Shown here one piece after another: positions 44,916 to 59,341 of a stretch of 64,000 nt of DNA (position 1 is the first letter of the stretch; the number at the start of each line of letters is the position of its first letter). The position numbers were made by a program, and so were the translations under genes. Source of the stretch: the human T2T-CHM13v2.0 reference genome, Homo sapiens. The notes below the pieces were generated by a model. The model ran no database searches. It worked only from the letters and a program-made list of their open reading frames with translations, and had not been told where the DNA came from. Where the stretch lies: the NCBI RefSeq assembly GCF_009914755.1, contig NC_060928.1, one strand, 5' to 3'.

Positions 44916-46361
44916 TATTTATTAACGCTTACTAGATGTGAGGAGAGTCTGAATATTTTCAGTGATCTTGGCTGTTTCAAAAAAATCTATTGACTTTTCA
45001 ATAAATCAGCTGCAATCCATTTATTTCATTTACAAAAGATTTATTGTAAGCCTCTCAATCTTGGTTTTTCAGTTGATCTTAAGCATGTCAATTCATAAAA
45101 ACAAGTCATTTTTGTATTTTTCATCTTTAAGAATGCTTAAAAAAGCTAATCCCTAAAATAGTTAGATCTTTGTAAATGCATATTAAATAATAAAGTATGA
45201 CCCACATTACTTTTTATGGGTGAAAATAAGACAAAAATAATAGTTTTAGTGAGGATGGTGCTGAGTAAACATAAAAACTGATTTGCTCTCAGCTGATGTG
45301 TCCTGTACACAGTGGGAAGATTTTAGTTCACACTTAGTCTAACTCCCCCATTTTACAGATTTCTCACTATATATATTTCTAGAAGGGGCTATGCATATTC
45401 AATGTATTGAGAACCAAAGCAACCACAAATGCATAAATGCATAATTTATGGTCTTCAACCAAGGCCACATAATAACCCAGTTAACTTACTCTTTAACCAG
45501 GAATATTAAGTTCTATAACTAGTACTCAAGGTTTAACCTTAAAATTAAGATTTCCTTAACCTTAACCTTAAAATTGATATTATATTAAACATACATAATA
45601 CAATGTAACTCCACTGTTCTCCTGAATATTTTTTGCTCTAATCTCTCTGCCGAAAGTCAAAGTGATGGGAGAATTGGTATACTGGTATGACTACGTCTTA
45701 AGTCAGATTTTTATTTATGAGTCTTTGAGACTAAATTCAATCACCACCAGGTATCAAATCAACTTTTATGCAGCAAATATATGATTCTAGTGTCTGACTT
45801 TTGTTAAATTCAGTAATGCAGTTTTTAAAAACCTGTATCTGACCCACTTTGTAATTTTTGCTCCAATATCCATTCTGTAGACTTTTGAAAAAAAAGTTTT
45901 TAATTTGATGCCCAATATATTCTGACCGTTAAAAAATTCTTGTTCATATGGGAGAAGGGGGAGTAATGACTTGTACAAACAGTATTTCTGGTGTATATTT
46001 TAATGTTTTTAAAAAGAGTAATTTCATTTAAATATCTGTTATTCAAATTTGATGATGTTAAATGTAATATAATGTATTTTCTTTTTATTTTGCACTCTGT
46101 AATTGCACTTTTTAAGTTTGAAGAGCCATTTTGGTAAACGGTTTTTATTAAAGATGCTATGGAACATAAAGTTGTATTGCATGCAATTTAAAGTAACTTA
46201 TTTGACTATGAATATTATCGGATTACTGAATTGTATCAATTTGTTTGTGTTCAATATCAGCTTTGATAATTGTGTACCTTAAGATATTGAAGGAGAAAAT
46301 AGATAATTTACAAGATATTATTAATTTTTATTTATTTTTCTTGGGAATTGAAAAAAATTGA

Positions 46362-46371
46362 AATAAATAAA
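46362..46371 (+). terminator. Distal polyadenylation signal (overlapping AATAAA x2)
   Basis: AATAAATAAA with U-rich sequence upstream and a T-rich tract at ~46423-46448. Confidence 0.7.
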
Positions 46372-46651
46372 AATGCATTGAACATCTTGCATTCAAAATC
46401 TTCACTGACAATGCAGCCTCATTCTTTTTTTTTCTTTTGCAATTTTTTCCCCACAATACATTAAAGGGTTTAAAAGCAGTGACAGGGATATAATGTGTGT
46501 AGATATAATGACTCAATGGTGTTAATTTGGGAAAACATTCTATAAATGTATCACGTTTTATAGCCAGCATAGTGAAGAATTTCTTGTAATAGAAGGAGCC
46601 ACATTAGTTATAAAATTCTAGGTGTTGGTATTTAAGAATCCTAGGAGTTAG

Positions 46652-46965
<314 letters not shown>

Positions 46966-49712
46966 TGGGGTTAGTATTTTTTAAAATAATATTTTAAAGA
47001 GTATTTTAAAAGAGTATTTCTAAAAAGAATAGATATCCTATTGGGAAGTAGCATTTGAAAAGATTCATCAGCCAGAATGGTGTCTTATGATTCTCTCAGC
47101 CTCTGCAAAGAGGCTTGGCTCCCCTGAGCCTTTAGAGCAGACAAGCTTGATTCTTCCCACCCTTCATCACAGTGATGGATGGCTTCCTTGGTATACTGCT
47201 TCAGCAGCCTACAGAGTACTTGCTCCATTCCTTAGCTCCTTGGATCCTTCATTAGCTTGCAGCTGGGGAAGGGACCTATGGCTTCAACCCTTTGACAGGG
47301 AGGTTAAGCAATTGTCCTGGGTCACACCACTGGCAATAGGTGGAGGTGTCATGAGAATTCAGGTCTTCTGACTCCTAATTCCACTGATGTTCGGGCCATG
47401 TCAGAGGCAGAGGAAGATTATAAGGAGTTAGTCTCAGATCTAGTTTAGAGTTTTCTTGGGAGAAATAGAAATTCTTGTAAAATAGAATCTTTGAATTGTC
47501 ATAGAATCATTACACTGATTTTGTTCAAGGTCTGAGAATCCAGAAGATTAAGGAAGAGAACTCTTAGAAACACTTTTTTTTCTCTTGGTTTCCAGGATAT
47601 CACACTCATCTGCTTTTCTACCTGCTTCTCAGTCTTTAGCTAGATCTTCCTCAATATTTCCCTATTCTCTACCATGGACCTATCAAAAATAGAGTGCCCC
47701 AGAGCTCAATATTGTAATTTTTCTCTCCATATAGCCACTCCCTACTTCATTTCATACAGTTTCATATCTTTAATTGCTGTCTATATACTGATTTCTCCCA
47801 ATCTAGATATTTGCCATGAGTTCCAGATATCTGTGTCCGATTACCTAACATCTCCACTTACATATTCACTAGGCATTCAAAGGTGACACGATCAATAACT
47901 AATATTCCCCTATAAACGTTTCTTCAATATAGTTACTATTTCAATAAAATTCAACTCAATCTTTCTTTTATCTCAGACCAAAAACCTGCTATCTCTCTCT
48001 CTGGGAATTGCTAAATTACTCATCTTCAAGTGATTTCAGAGAGAAATAACCTAAACTTTTACAATGATGGCAGAATTGGTCATTTTGAAGAGATTATGCA
48101 GAGGGAGGAAAAAGATTCCAAGAAACTGGAGTTAAACAGAATATCAGAGTCTTCAAAAGGACAAAATTATAAGCACTGAATTTGACTCTGATCAATTCTA
48201 GAACATATTTTTCCCTAAACAGTCATAAAACATGAAATATATGTGCTGTTCATTAAGTTCCAACATGAATTCATTAAGAAAAGACATAAAACATGGATCA
48301 CTTTTAAATATCCTGTCTGGTCACCCACTAATGCTAACTATCTGTCATACAAAATCAAACACAGATACTCTGCTCAGTTTATCTAAATTTCAGAGAAATA
48401 CTTGGGAAAAGACTTCCATAATTTTCTTATTAGCTTGTAGGGCAAAGTACCTATTAAGAAAATAAGCAAAACTTACGCTCATTTAATGCAGATAATGTAC
48501 GTGGATCCATTACATGCTAAATGAATGGAGAACATGTGACTAAGTGACTAAGTGATACAGAACAGATAAGGGATTGGTTATACTAGCAGATGTTATGAAA
48601 TATACATAAAAATACAATCATATATTGTTGACCAATGATGACCTTTCCAATTAATCTATGAATCAATGATTTTTCTATTATTCTCAGCACCATCCCTTCT
48701 TCTGGGGATGGCAGGATGTGTTCCAAAGAAGTATGTGTCATGTTTCTGACCTTCAAGTTACTATCAGAAACAATCTGCATTCTTAAAAAATAATAAAAAC
48801 AGTGCTTTATGAATTAATCAATATTTATTGAAAAGCTTTTCTGTGTCTAGTAATTTGCAAACGGTTGTGGAATATTCAAAAGAGTATAAAATATACTATC
48901 ATTTGCAAAAAACTTAGAAGAGAGATTCAAAGTTATGAGAACATTTAAAGAACAGTGGAGGCTTTAATAGTTAGGGTTTCTTGATTTTTAGGGGAAAAAA
49001 CCAATTCTGGTGAAACTAAAACATTTATAGGAAAGATATGAGACAGTCAATAGAATTAGAGTAAAAGCTAAAAAACAGGACAGTTCTAGTGATTTAGGTA
49101 GCAGTGTGTTGTTTCTAGAAGTTGTGTATTCCAACCATTTTACTTCTTGGGAGCTCATGGTCTAAGAAGACAGCATATGACTGTCTAACTGAGAATATGA
49201 GTACACCCCTGGCCAAAGAAGGGCACTTTAGCTGAGAAAAGCAAAAGTCTGTATCTAATAAGAAAAAAAAATCCCCCAAAGAAAAATAAAATGCTATTAC
49301 CAGAAGAATGAATAAATTCTGAAAAGACAAATAGCAGAAGTCCACCATATGTAGTAGATAGTATCATACAAAATAATTTAGAGAAAGGTAACTTCGAGAG
49401 GGGAAGTTTCACTGAAGAGGTAGGACTTTAATTGGACTTTGAAAAAATGACAGGACTTTGATATAAGCAAAGGAGAGATTGTAGGACATTTCAAATGGGA
49501 GAATAATCAGCAAAAACACTAACAAAAAGCATAGCATGTTTACGATGTGTCAGGGAGACTATCCTGACAGTAGCAGAGGATCTATATTTGAGAATAGTTA
49601 CAAATTTAGTTTGAAGGCTCAGTAAAGATGTAAGAAAAAGATAAGCTTTACATTTATGGACCATTGAGAATCATTTATAGTTTTTAATCAGAGGAATGAC
49701 ACCATAAATTGG

Positions 49713-50217
49713 TGTGGTAGGCAGAACAATACCCCTCACCTCAAAAGATATCTGTGTTCTAATCCTCAGAACCTATGAATATGTTACCTTCCATGGTAAA
49801 AGGGACATGACTGATGATTAAGGTTACAGATCTTGAGATGAGGAGGTGATTGTGGATTAAATGGGTAGGCCCAATCTAATCACATGAGTTCTCAAAAGTA
49901 CAGAGTCATTCCAAGTTGTCATCAGAGAGATGTGATGTGAAAAGGAAGGACTTGACTCACAGTTGCTGACAAAGGAAGAGGGTCCCAAGCCAAGAAACAC
50001 TGGTGGCCTATGAAAGTTTGTAAAGACAAGAAAATAGACTCTCCCCTATATTATTCAGAACAGAATGTAGCCCTGCCAACACCTCGATTTTCACCCAGTG
50101 TCAACACCTTCCTTTAGCCCAGGTATCTATTAGACTTCTGAATTGTAAGATAATAAATTCTATTGTTTTAAGTCACTGAAATCATAGCAATTTGTTGATA
50201 TTAAAAGAAATCTAATA
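49713..50217 (+). mobile_element. MLT1 (MLT1D-like) solo LTR
   Basis: TGTGGTAGGCAGAA..CTAATCC..GAACCTATGAATATGTTACCTT start; GTAAGATAATAAATT..TGTTTTAAG end. Confidence 0.8.
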
Positions 50218-51627
50218 TGGTTAATTTTTTGGAAAGATTGAAATGAGATTATTTGAGAACACTACTTGAGAGAGGCAGGAGGCAGAGAGACCTACTAATG
50301 GAGTGTTGTAATGACCTAGATGTAAACTGAAGAAAGTTGAGACTAGGATTATGTCTGGGAAAACAGAGCAGGAGGAGCATTTTAGATATGTCACAGAGGG
50401 AAAATCAGGTGTTTAGTAATTGGATATGAGAAATGAGAGAAAGCAAAGTTGGAAAGAATTGAGTTTAGGAAGGAAGAAAAATGGTTTCCATATGTTGACT
50501 CTAAGATAACAGCAGGGTATATAGTAGAAATAGCATATTTGAGGTACCTGACAACACTTCAAAATTACTTACTGTTTTACAATTTACAAAATACTTTCAC
50601 ATCTATTAAATCTGTTTCGACACACACTTTGATATAGAAGGTAAGATTCATAATTATTACCTAAAAAAGAATATGGTCTCCAGAGAAGTTGTGATTTGCA
50701 CCAGATCACAAAGCAAGTAAAGTCACAGAACTCATACACTATCCTAGTGCAGCCTCTAAGCCCCAGGCCAAATTTCCCTCCCCTTAGATGAACCCCCAAT
50801 GCAGAAGTTGGGTATGTGGTCTGGACTAAAGCTGTGATGTTGAGAACCCCCATCACAGAAACCATGGCTGAAGCCAAAGAATCACTTCAAGTTAAACACT
50901 CCAAAGGTATGAGGGTAGAGGAAAAATGCCAAGAAAACCAGTGACTGAGTCTCAGTAAAGTGATAAAAGAAACTTTATCTAAGGAATGGGTAAAAGAAAA
51001 GATTTTGCAGACAAAACAAATAATTAAACGTTTAATTTCTTCATTCAATCATTCAAATACTTATTGAGGGCTTATTATGTGTCTTACTGTTTACATCTTG
51101 AGAATAAGTGATAAATGACAAACAAAACTTGAAATTTATATTCTAGCAGGAAAAGAAAGAAAATAAATACTAATAACAACAACAGTTGCAAACGTGTATA
51201 GGGCTATTTGTTGTTAAGCTTTTCAAATACAATAACTTATGAAATCCTTCTAACCACTTGATGAGGTATGTAACTATTTATTTAAAATGCATTTTTCAGA
51301 TGGGGAAATTGAGACACAGGGTAACATGTCCAAAGTCTCATGGTTAGTGATAAAATAAGGTAGTAAAACATAACATGCTACAATTTCAGGGTGTCTTTAG
51401 CTAGGGTGGTCAAGGAGGCATCCCTACAGTTTGTGGAGGCAAACTATCCTTGGCTTGGAGCAATAAATGCAAGGACTCTAATGTTCAGAAGACAGTAAGA
51501 CCAGCCTGGCCCAGGGCATACTCAATGGACAGTTGCAAGAGAAGTCAGAGAGGTAGTCAAGGGTAGAAACTTTAGGGGCTATAAGATTTGGTAAGGTCTT
51601 TGCCTTTTCTTAACAATGCAATAAGAA

Positions 51628-51878
51628 CATAGGTGGGAATTGAACAATGAGAACACATGAACACAGGAAGGGGAACATCACACACCGGGGACTGTTGTGG
51701 GATGGGGGGAGGGGGGAGGGATAGCGTTAGGAGATATACCTAATGCTAAATGACGAGTTAATGGGTGCAGCACACCAACATGGCACATGTATACATATGT
51801 AACAAACCTGCACGTTGTGCACATGTACCCTAAAACTTAAAGTATAATCAAAATAAATAAATAAATAAATAAATAAAA
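51628..51878 (+). mobile_element. L1PA 3'UTR fragment with (TAAA)n tail
   Basis: AGGTGGGAATTGAACAATGAGAACAC...CCCTAAAACTTAAAGTATAAT. Confidence 0.9.
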
Positions 51879-53961
51879 GAAACTATCAGAGGGCTGGAGG
51901 TAGGGTGATGAAATAATTCAAAAAGATCAGTCTATCTGCTCTGCCGAAAGTAGACTAAAAAGGACAAGACTGAAAGATAAGGTGGGGAGTATTTTAATAA
52001 CCCACCTAAATGGTTAGGGGAAAGATAGCAGTAGTGGAAGTAATGAGAAAGTGTTGAATTAGGAGTATAAGTAGACTATACTTAAATCAATAGGATTTGC
52101 TGATGGTTATAACCAGGACATCTAGGAGAACATAATGGCATGAAACTCAGAAGAAAGAAAAAAAAATCCAAGATTTACAGTGATAGTCAACACGGTCTAA
52201 CAAAAAAAAATCTAGAAAACAATGGGAAAGAAGAAAAACGCCCCTGGTTTTGACCTCTGAATGTCATGAAGCTTGAAAGAGAGTGCTTTTAGTGAGTGAT
52301 GAAAGTGGAGGCAGAATTGCACTAGATTAAGGGAGTTGGTGGCGGCTGTTGGTAGAGAGTACTTATTTAGAATATTAGCCATGAAAGAAAATGGAAGTGA
52401 CAAGCCCTCAATTGTTCAGTTGTTGATTATATAGTTTTAGAATTAGCAGGCCTTGTCCTTTTTTCTTGGGCCCTTTCTGTGTTCATTACAATCTTTAGTA
52501 AAGGAGAGTTGACATCAGGGAGGAGGTTAAGATTATCAGTTAAAACGGAAGTTGGGAATACCAGTGGTTTTCGCTTCTTCCAGTCACCTCTGTCACTCCA
52601 ACCACAGATAGCTGAGAGTTGGCTCTCACCCTGAGTTTCAGGAAAGGGACCAATGTGAGTGAGTCATGTGCTTACATTAGATGCAGTCTTGATTAGAGTG
52701 GGAGAATCTGGCTGTGGGAATATGAATATGTCCCTTATCAGTGGGTAGGGCCTTTTTATACATGGGTGGGGCTATGGAACAGAAATCTGAATTGAAGAAC
52801 ATACACATTAGCTATATTGAAAATTCATTCTTCCGCAATGCACACGATGTCTCCTGGACCTGTCGATAATGTTGTATAATTTAGAAATCATGAGTAGGAG
52901 GTTTTGGGCTAATGGATACAAATCTTAGCTGACGTTTCAGGGGTAACAATTTGTTATCCTTAATATGAGAATCTCCACTGTGGTATTCGTTAGGTTGGGG
53001 GCAATCTCCAGTAGTTAGTATGTGTTTGTTTTCTGGTCCTTTGTTATTCTTTGGTAGTTAATAGAAGAATTCAATGTTTATTATTAATACACTAATAGCA
53101 ATTCGTCATTCCTCCTTAGCACCAACCTAGGTTGTAAAAAGGCTTAAAACAAAGACTGTAACAGAAAGAGTTTCTGAATCTAGGCCCACCCTGTAAAATT
53201 TAGGTCATAAAATACATGTAAGGAATTAACCTTGGAAATTAAATTATAAAATAAGTAATTGAATTATTTTGAAAGCTTTTACATAGAGAAAATGCAAATT
53301 TAGCATATAAGAACTGCACCTCTTCCACAGATTCTAATCAACCTTATTACATTTTCTTTTGAGAATGTGCAGCACTTGGTTTCAGGCTTGGGATACTTTC
53401 CCAGGAAACAAATCCACGAGGTCATGGCCCTTTAAAACAGTCATGCATCTGTTTACAACTATGGAAAAGAGATTTCCTGGGTGTACGTTCCACCAAAGGA
53501 CAAGTTTAGGGGTCAGGCTTCAATGTCATTCACCAACCTCAGTAGCAGGATCTTGTGTCACTGGAAGCCAGTTATAGCATGTAATAAAGGTGTGGGTGTT
53601 TACATATGTGCACACATCTAATAAGAAGCTCACAGTTTCATTTAAATTTATGGCTACTTATACCTCTTTAAGTCATACGCTAGACTACAGAAAATTATTT
53701 GTTTTAATTACAAAATAATAAGTTTGTTTTAGCAAATTTTCAAAGTAGTGTTAAGTAAGTTTAAGTTACCTTTTTTCCCTTACATGTTAAAATTACCACT
53801 ATGAACATTTTCATTTATAGTTTTGCAATCTTTCATGCGTGTGACTGTGGGTATGTATACACAGTAATGGGGTCATTCTGTGGGTACCATTGTGTATCTT
53901 GTCTTTATCACTTAACAATGACATTTTCCATGCCATTAAATATTATTCTGCAGCATTTTAA

Positions 53962-54361
<400 letters not shown>

Positions 54362-55991
54362 ATGACTGCATAATCCTAAAACAACACTCTATTATTGGAT
54401 GTGTGAGTTGTTTTCAGTTTTCCGCAGTTGCATATAAGTTTTGATGAATACCCTTGTAACAAAATTGTGCCTCTTTTATATTATTTCCTTAGAATAAGTC
54501 CCTAAAGTGAAATTACTAAACCAAAGCTAAGAATAAGCAAATTTTGTGTTTGATATAACTCCCAGCAATTATTTTTTAAGTTTAAGTAACAAAATAAAAA
54601 ATATATCTATATTAATATCTACAGGATAACTTGGCAAATGATTCAATCATAAGTTATCCTATGAGCTTTTCACCCTACTTGCTTCATCATTCCTTCTCCC
54701 TCTCTGAACAATTTGAGAAAAGTTACAGATATTGCAAAGCTCTGCCTCTGAATACTTCAGTGATTATTTCCTAAGAATAAGGATATTCTCTTATAAAACC
54801 ATAGTCAAGTTGTCAAAATCAGGAAATTAAACATTGAATACTTTTATCTGACATTGATTCCATATTAACTCAAATTTAAATTATCCTAATAATGTCCTTT
54901 ATGATTATTTCTTTTTTTTTTTTCATTCAGAATTCAATCCAAGATCACAGGTTGCATTTTGTTGTCAATCTCTTTAATTTCCTTTTTCATTGAACAGCTC
55001 CTCAGCATTTCTTTGGACTTCTTGATCTAGATATTTGTAAAGATTACAACTCTGTTCCAAATTGTCCCACATTTTGTATTTCTCTGATGTTGGTTAATAA
55101 TTAAAATCAGATTATGTATCTTTGGAGGGAACATATTGGAAGTAATAGTGTGTCCCTCAGAATACTTTATATTGTGAACCCCAGGATATCAATTTATCCT
55201 AATGTTTATGATATTAAGATTGATCATTTTGTTAAGATGACATTTATTAGATTTATCCACTATAAATTTACTATTTTGCCCTTTATAATTAATAACTAAT
55301 TTGTGGGGAGATATTTTTGGACCATGTAAATATACTGTTTCTCATTTAAATTTCACCCACTAGTTTCCATATTGATGTTTTTCCTATTTGATCATTTCTT
55401 CTACATTTGTTATTTGGGGTTCTACTGTAAGGAAGAGCTTTTCCTAAAGGTTTATTTATTTTTATCACTATGAACTATCAATATTTGTTCTATCATTGTT
55501 TATAAATTAAACAGAAGAGACCTTTCATGCCAGTTCAGGAGAGGGACTAAGCACCTTGAGCATGTTACCTAACCTCTCTGTGCCACCATTTCCTCATCTC
55601 TATAGCAACTCTGCCTTACAGGGCTACTATAAGAATTCACTGAATCAATACATATAAAATGCTAAGAACAGCATTTGGCAGATACTGAATGTTCAATAAG
55701 TACCATCTGTTATTACTACTTCGAAAGAAGTTCCTCACAACTGGTGGTTACTTGGGAGAAATAAAAAATTTAAATAATTTGTTCAAATCACTTCTAGTTA
55801 TTTCTAAATTACATCTGGGGTGATTGTATTTCTCCTTACAGAATTACACCAGTTGTGCTTTTACAGTTTTGGTTTCGTTTTTGGTAAGAATTCAGGAACA
55901 CATTCTTAATGTTTTATCAGAAGTATTCCTGGGCAATAGAAACTAGGGAAACACACAGCTTCCTGCATCTTCCATGGAAGGTGGAAGGTAG

Positions 55992-57272
55992 TGTGTCCGG
56001 AATTGGTGGGTTCTTGGTCTCACTGACTTCAAGAATGAAGCCGCGGACCCTCGCAGTGTTACAGTTCTTAAAGGCGGCGTGTCTGGAGTTTGTTCCTTCT
56101 GATGTTTGGATGTGTTCGGAGTTTCTTCCTTCTGGTGGGTTCGTGGTCTCGCTGGCTCAGGAGTGAAGCTGCAGACCTTGGCGGTAAGTGTTGTAGCTCA
56201 TAAAGGCAGTGTGGACCCAAAGAGCGAGCAGCAGCAAGATTTATTGCAAACAGTGAAAGAACAATGCTTCCACAGCGTGGGAGGGGACCTGAGCGGGTTG
56301 CCACTGCGGGCTCCAGCAGCCTGCTTTTATTCTCTTATCTGGCCCCACCCACATCCTGCTGATTGGTCCATTTTACAGAGACCCAAGTGGTCTGTTTTGA
56401 CAGGGTGCTGACTGGTGGGTTTACAATCCCTGAGCTAGACACAAAGGTTCTCCACGTCCCCACTAGAGTAGCTAGATACAGAGTGTTGATTGGTGCATTC
56501 ACAAACCGTGAGATAGACACAGGGTGCTGATTGGTGTGTTTACAAACCTTGAGCTAGATACAGAGTGCCAATTGCTGTATTTACAATCCCTTAGCTAGAC
56601 ATAAAGGTTCTCCAAGTCCCCACCAGTCAGGAGTCCAGCTGGCTTCACCCAGTGGATCCCCCACCGGGCCGCAGGTGGAGCTGCCTGCCAGTCCCATGCA
56701 GTGCACCCGCATTCCTCAGCACTTGGGTGGTCCATGGGACTGGGCGCCATGGAGCAGGGGGCGGCGCTCTTTGGGGAGGCTCCGGCCGCACGGGAACCCA
56801 CAGAGGGTGGGGGAGGCTCAGGCATGGCAGGCTGCAGGTCCTGAGCCCTGCCCCGCGGGGAGGCAGCTAAGGCCCGGGGAGAAATCGAGCGCAGCACCCG
56901 TGGGCTGGCACTGCTGAGGGACCCAGCACACCCTCCGCAGCCGCTGGCCCGGGTGCTAAGCCCCCTATTGCTCAGGGCAGGCAGGGTTGGCCAGCCACTC
57001 TGAGTGCGGGGCTGCCAAGCCCACGCCCACCCGGAACTTGTGCTGGCCAGCAAGCACCACCCGCAGCCCGGGTTCCGCCCGGGCCTCTCCCTCCACACCT
57101 CCCCACAAACTGAGGGAGCCAGCTCCGGCCTCGGCCAGCCCAGGAAGGGGCTCCCACAGTGCAGCGGTGGGCTGAAGGGCTTGTCAAGTGCCGCCAAAGT
57201 GGGAGCCCAGGCAGAGGAGGCGCTGAGACCGAGCGAGGGCTGTGAGGGCTGCCAGCACCCTGTCACCTCTCA
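55992..57272 (-). mobile_element. ERV9 solo LTR (LTR12, LTR12C-like)
   Basis: Minus strand begins TGAGAGGTGACAG and ends ACCAATTCCGGACACA; tandem CCAAT-bearing repeats; 4-bp near-TSD GTAG/ATAG. Confidence 0.93.
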
Positions 57273-57951
57273 ATAGCATCATGAGAAGATGGTATTATAG
57301 CTGAAGCATTTCCTTTCAGTGGGACATTTGGTTTCCTTGGCATCTGTATAGTTGCGGAAGACAAGGAAGCATATTCAGGTCTTTCTCCAGCTTGCTGTCA
57401 TCAGGTGCCCGTAAAGAAGACTCAGAGCCACCTCTGAGGGGCTGCTGATTCTGTTTTAGAGGCTATAGTGCAGGAGTGGGGAAGAGGTAGCACAGTGTTT
57501 TATGCATGTCTGAAGAAATCCCACAGAGCTGGAGGGACTTGATAATCAGGGATGTGAACAAAGATTTACCAATGAAGATATTAATTAAAATGGCATTTTT
57601 AAGAGCAAATACTTAGGCACCACATAAAAGGTCAGTGAGTAGGGAATACATTTCTGGTTAGAACATAAGTTGGTACTTTTTTAAAAAAAACTGTTTTTCA
57701 AAATGTAGCAAGAATCTTAAGCTGGTAATTACACTTTGAGAAATCCATTCTGAAAAAAATATTCTGAAATTCATGTAAAGAATCTGAACAAATATGTCCA
57801 TCATAATATTATTTGTAATGGCAAGAGTTGGGAACATCTCATACATCTGTAAAACAAATCCATAAAATGAAAATAATGTTTATGAAAATATTTTAATACC
57901 ATTGGGAAATGCTCACCACTTAATGGTAAATGAGAAAATCAAAATATAAAA

Positions 57952-58405
57952 CTGTTTTAGTTGGGTCCTCTGGGAAGCAAACCATTTTGGGCAGGATAAT
58001 GCCTGTGACAGATAAAGGAGGCGATAAAACAGGAGAATAGACTTCACAAGACAGTGTAGGTCTGACACCTGTAGAAGGACAGAGGGAAGAAAAAGGATGG
58101 GGTAAGAGGAGACTGGCTGTAGTTCAATCCCAAGAAAATCTCGGCCAACAGGAGCTCTGGCACAGAGAGTGCTGACGATGGTGCATTGGGCAGAAAGGGC
58201 CGGGCCCTAATACCCGGGGCTGTGCTCAGTCACGTGTTAGAGCTTCCCACGAGAACGCAGAGAAGCCAGAGAACACCGCAAGCAGGGCTCCTCAAACACT
58301 ATGGCAGATTTTTAAAGTGCCTGCTGGCTGACGACTGTTAGCTAACTCACTCTTCACAGTTGATTGGCACATTCTTTCTGGATGGGAGATCTGATTGGTG
58401 ACCCT
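57952..58405. mobile_element. Old ERVL LTR (LTR16-like)
   Basis: CTGGGAAGCA..., GGTCTGACACCTGT..AAGGA.AGAGGGAAG motifs. Confidence 0.45.
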
Positions 58406-58561
58406 TCAGGCTGTGGCAAAAACTATTCCATGCGTTCCTAGCTTTGAGAAAGAAAGGAAAAGATAAATGAGAGAAAGAGAATGAATAAAATAAATATTTA
58501 TTATCTCTGCATAATCTGTGTGAATATGAATTTTGAAAAAGTCATTTGTGTATTTCACTAA

Positions 58562-58701
58562 TTTTCCCTTCCTTCCTTCCCTTCCTTCCTTCCCTCCCTC
58601 CCTTCTTTCCTTCCTTCCTTCCTTCCTTCTTTCTTCCTTTCTTTCTTTTTCTCTTTCTTTCTTTCCTTCTTTCTCTCTTTCTGTCTTTCTCTTTCTCTCT
58701 T

Positions 58702-58737
<36 letters not shown>

Positions 58738-58750
58738 CTTTTTTGTTTTT
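58562..58750. repeat. Polypyrimidine (CCTT/CTTT/CT)n compound repeat, expanded Alu tail
   Basis: Direct reading; abuts a reverse Alu. Confidence 0.92.
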
Positions 58751-58752
58751 TT

Positions 58753-59341
<589 letters not shown>

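Larger units (their letters stand above)
42458..46410 (+). other. EREG: EREG long AU-rich 3'UTR (3' end approximate)
   Basis: Continuous with exon 5; many ATTTA motifs; ends after overlapping AATAAA pair; total length fits the ~4.6-kb mRNA I recall. Confidence 0.75.

Noticed and set aside
56350-56630. Regularly spaced ~40-bp repeats, superficially CRISPR-like
   Set aside because: Known tandem enhancer repeats of ERV9/LTR12; no unique spacers or cas genes; eukaryotic DNA
56595-57276. 223-aa and overlapping ORFs
   Set aside because: Lie in the GC-rich U3 of LTR12, where stop codons are rare
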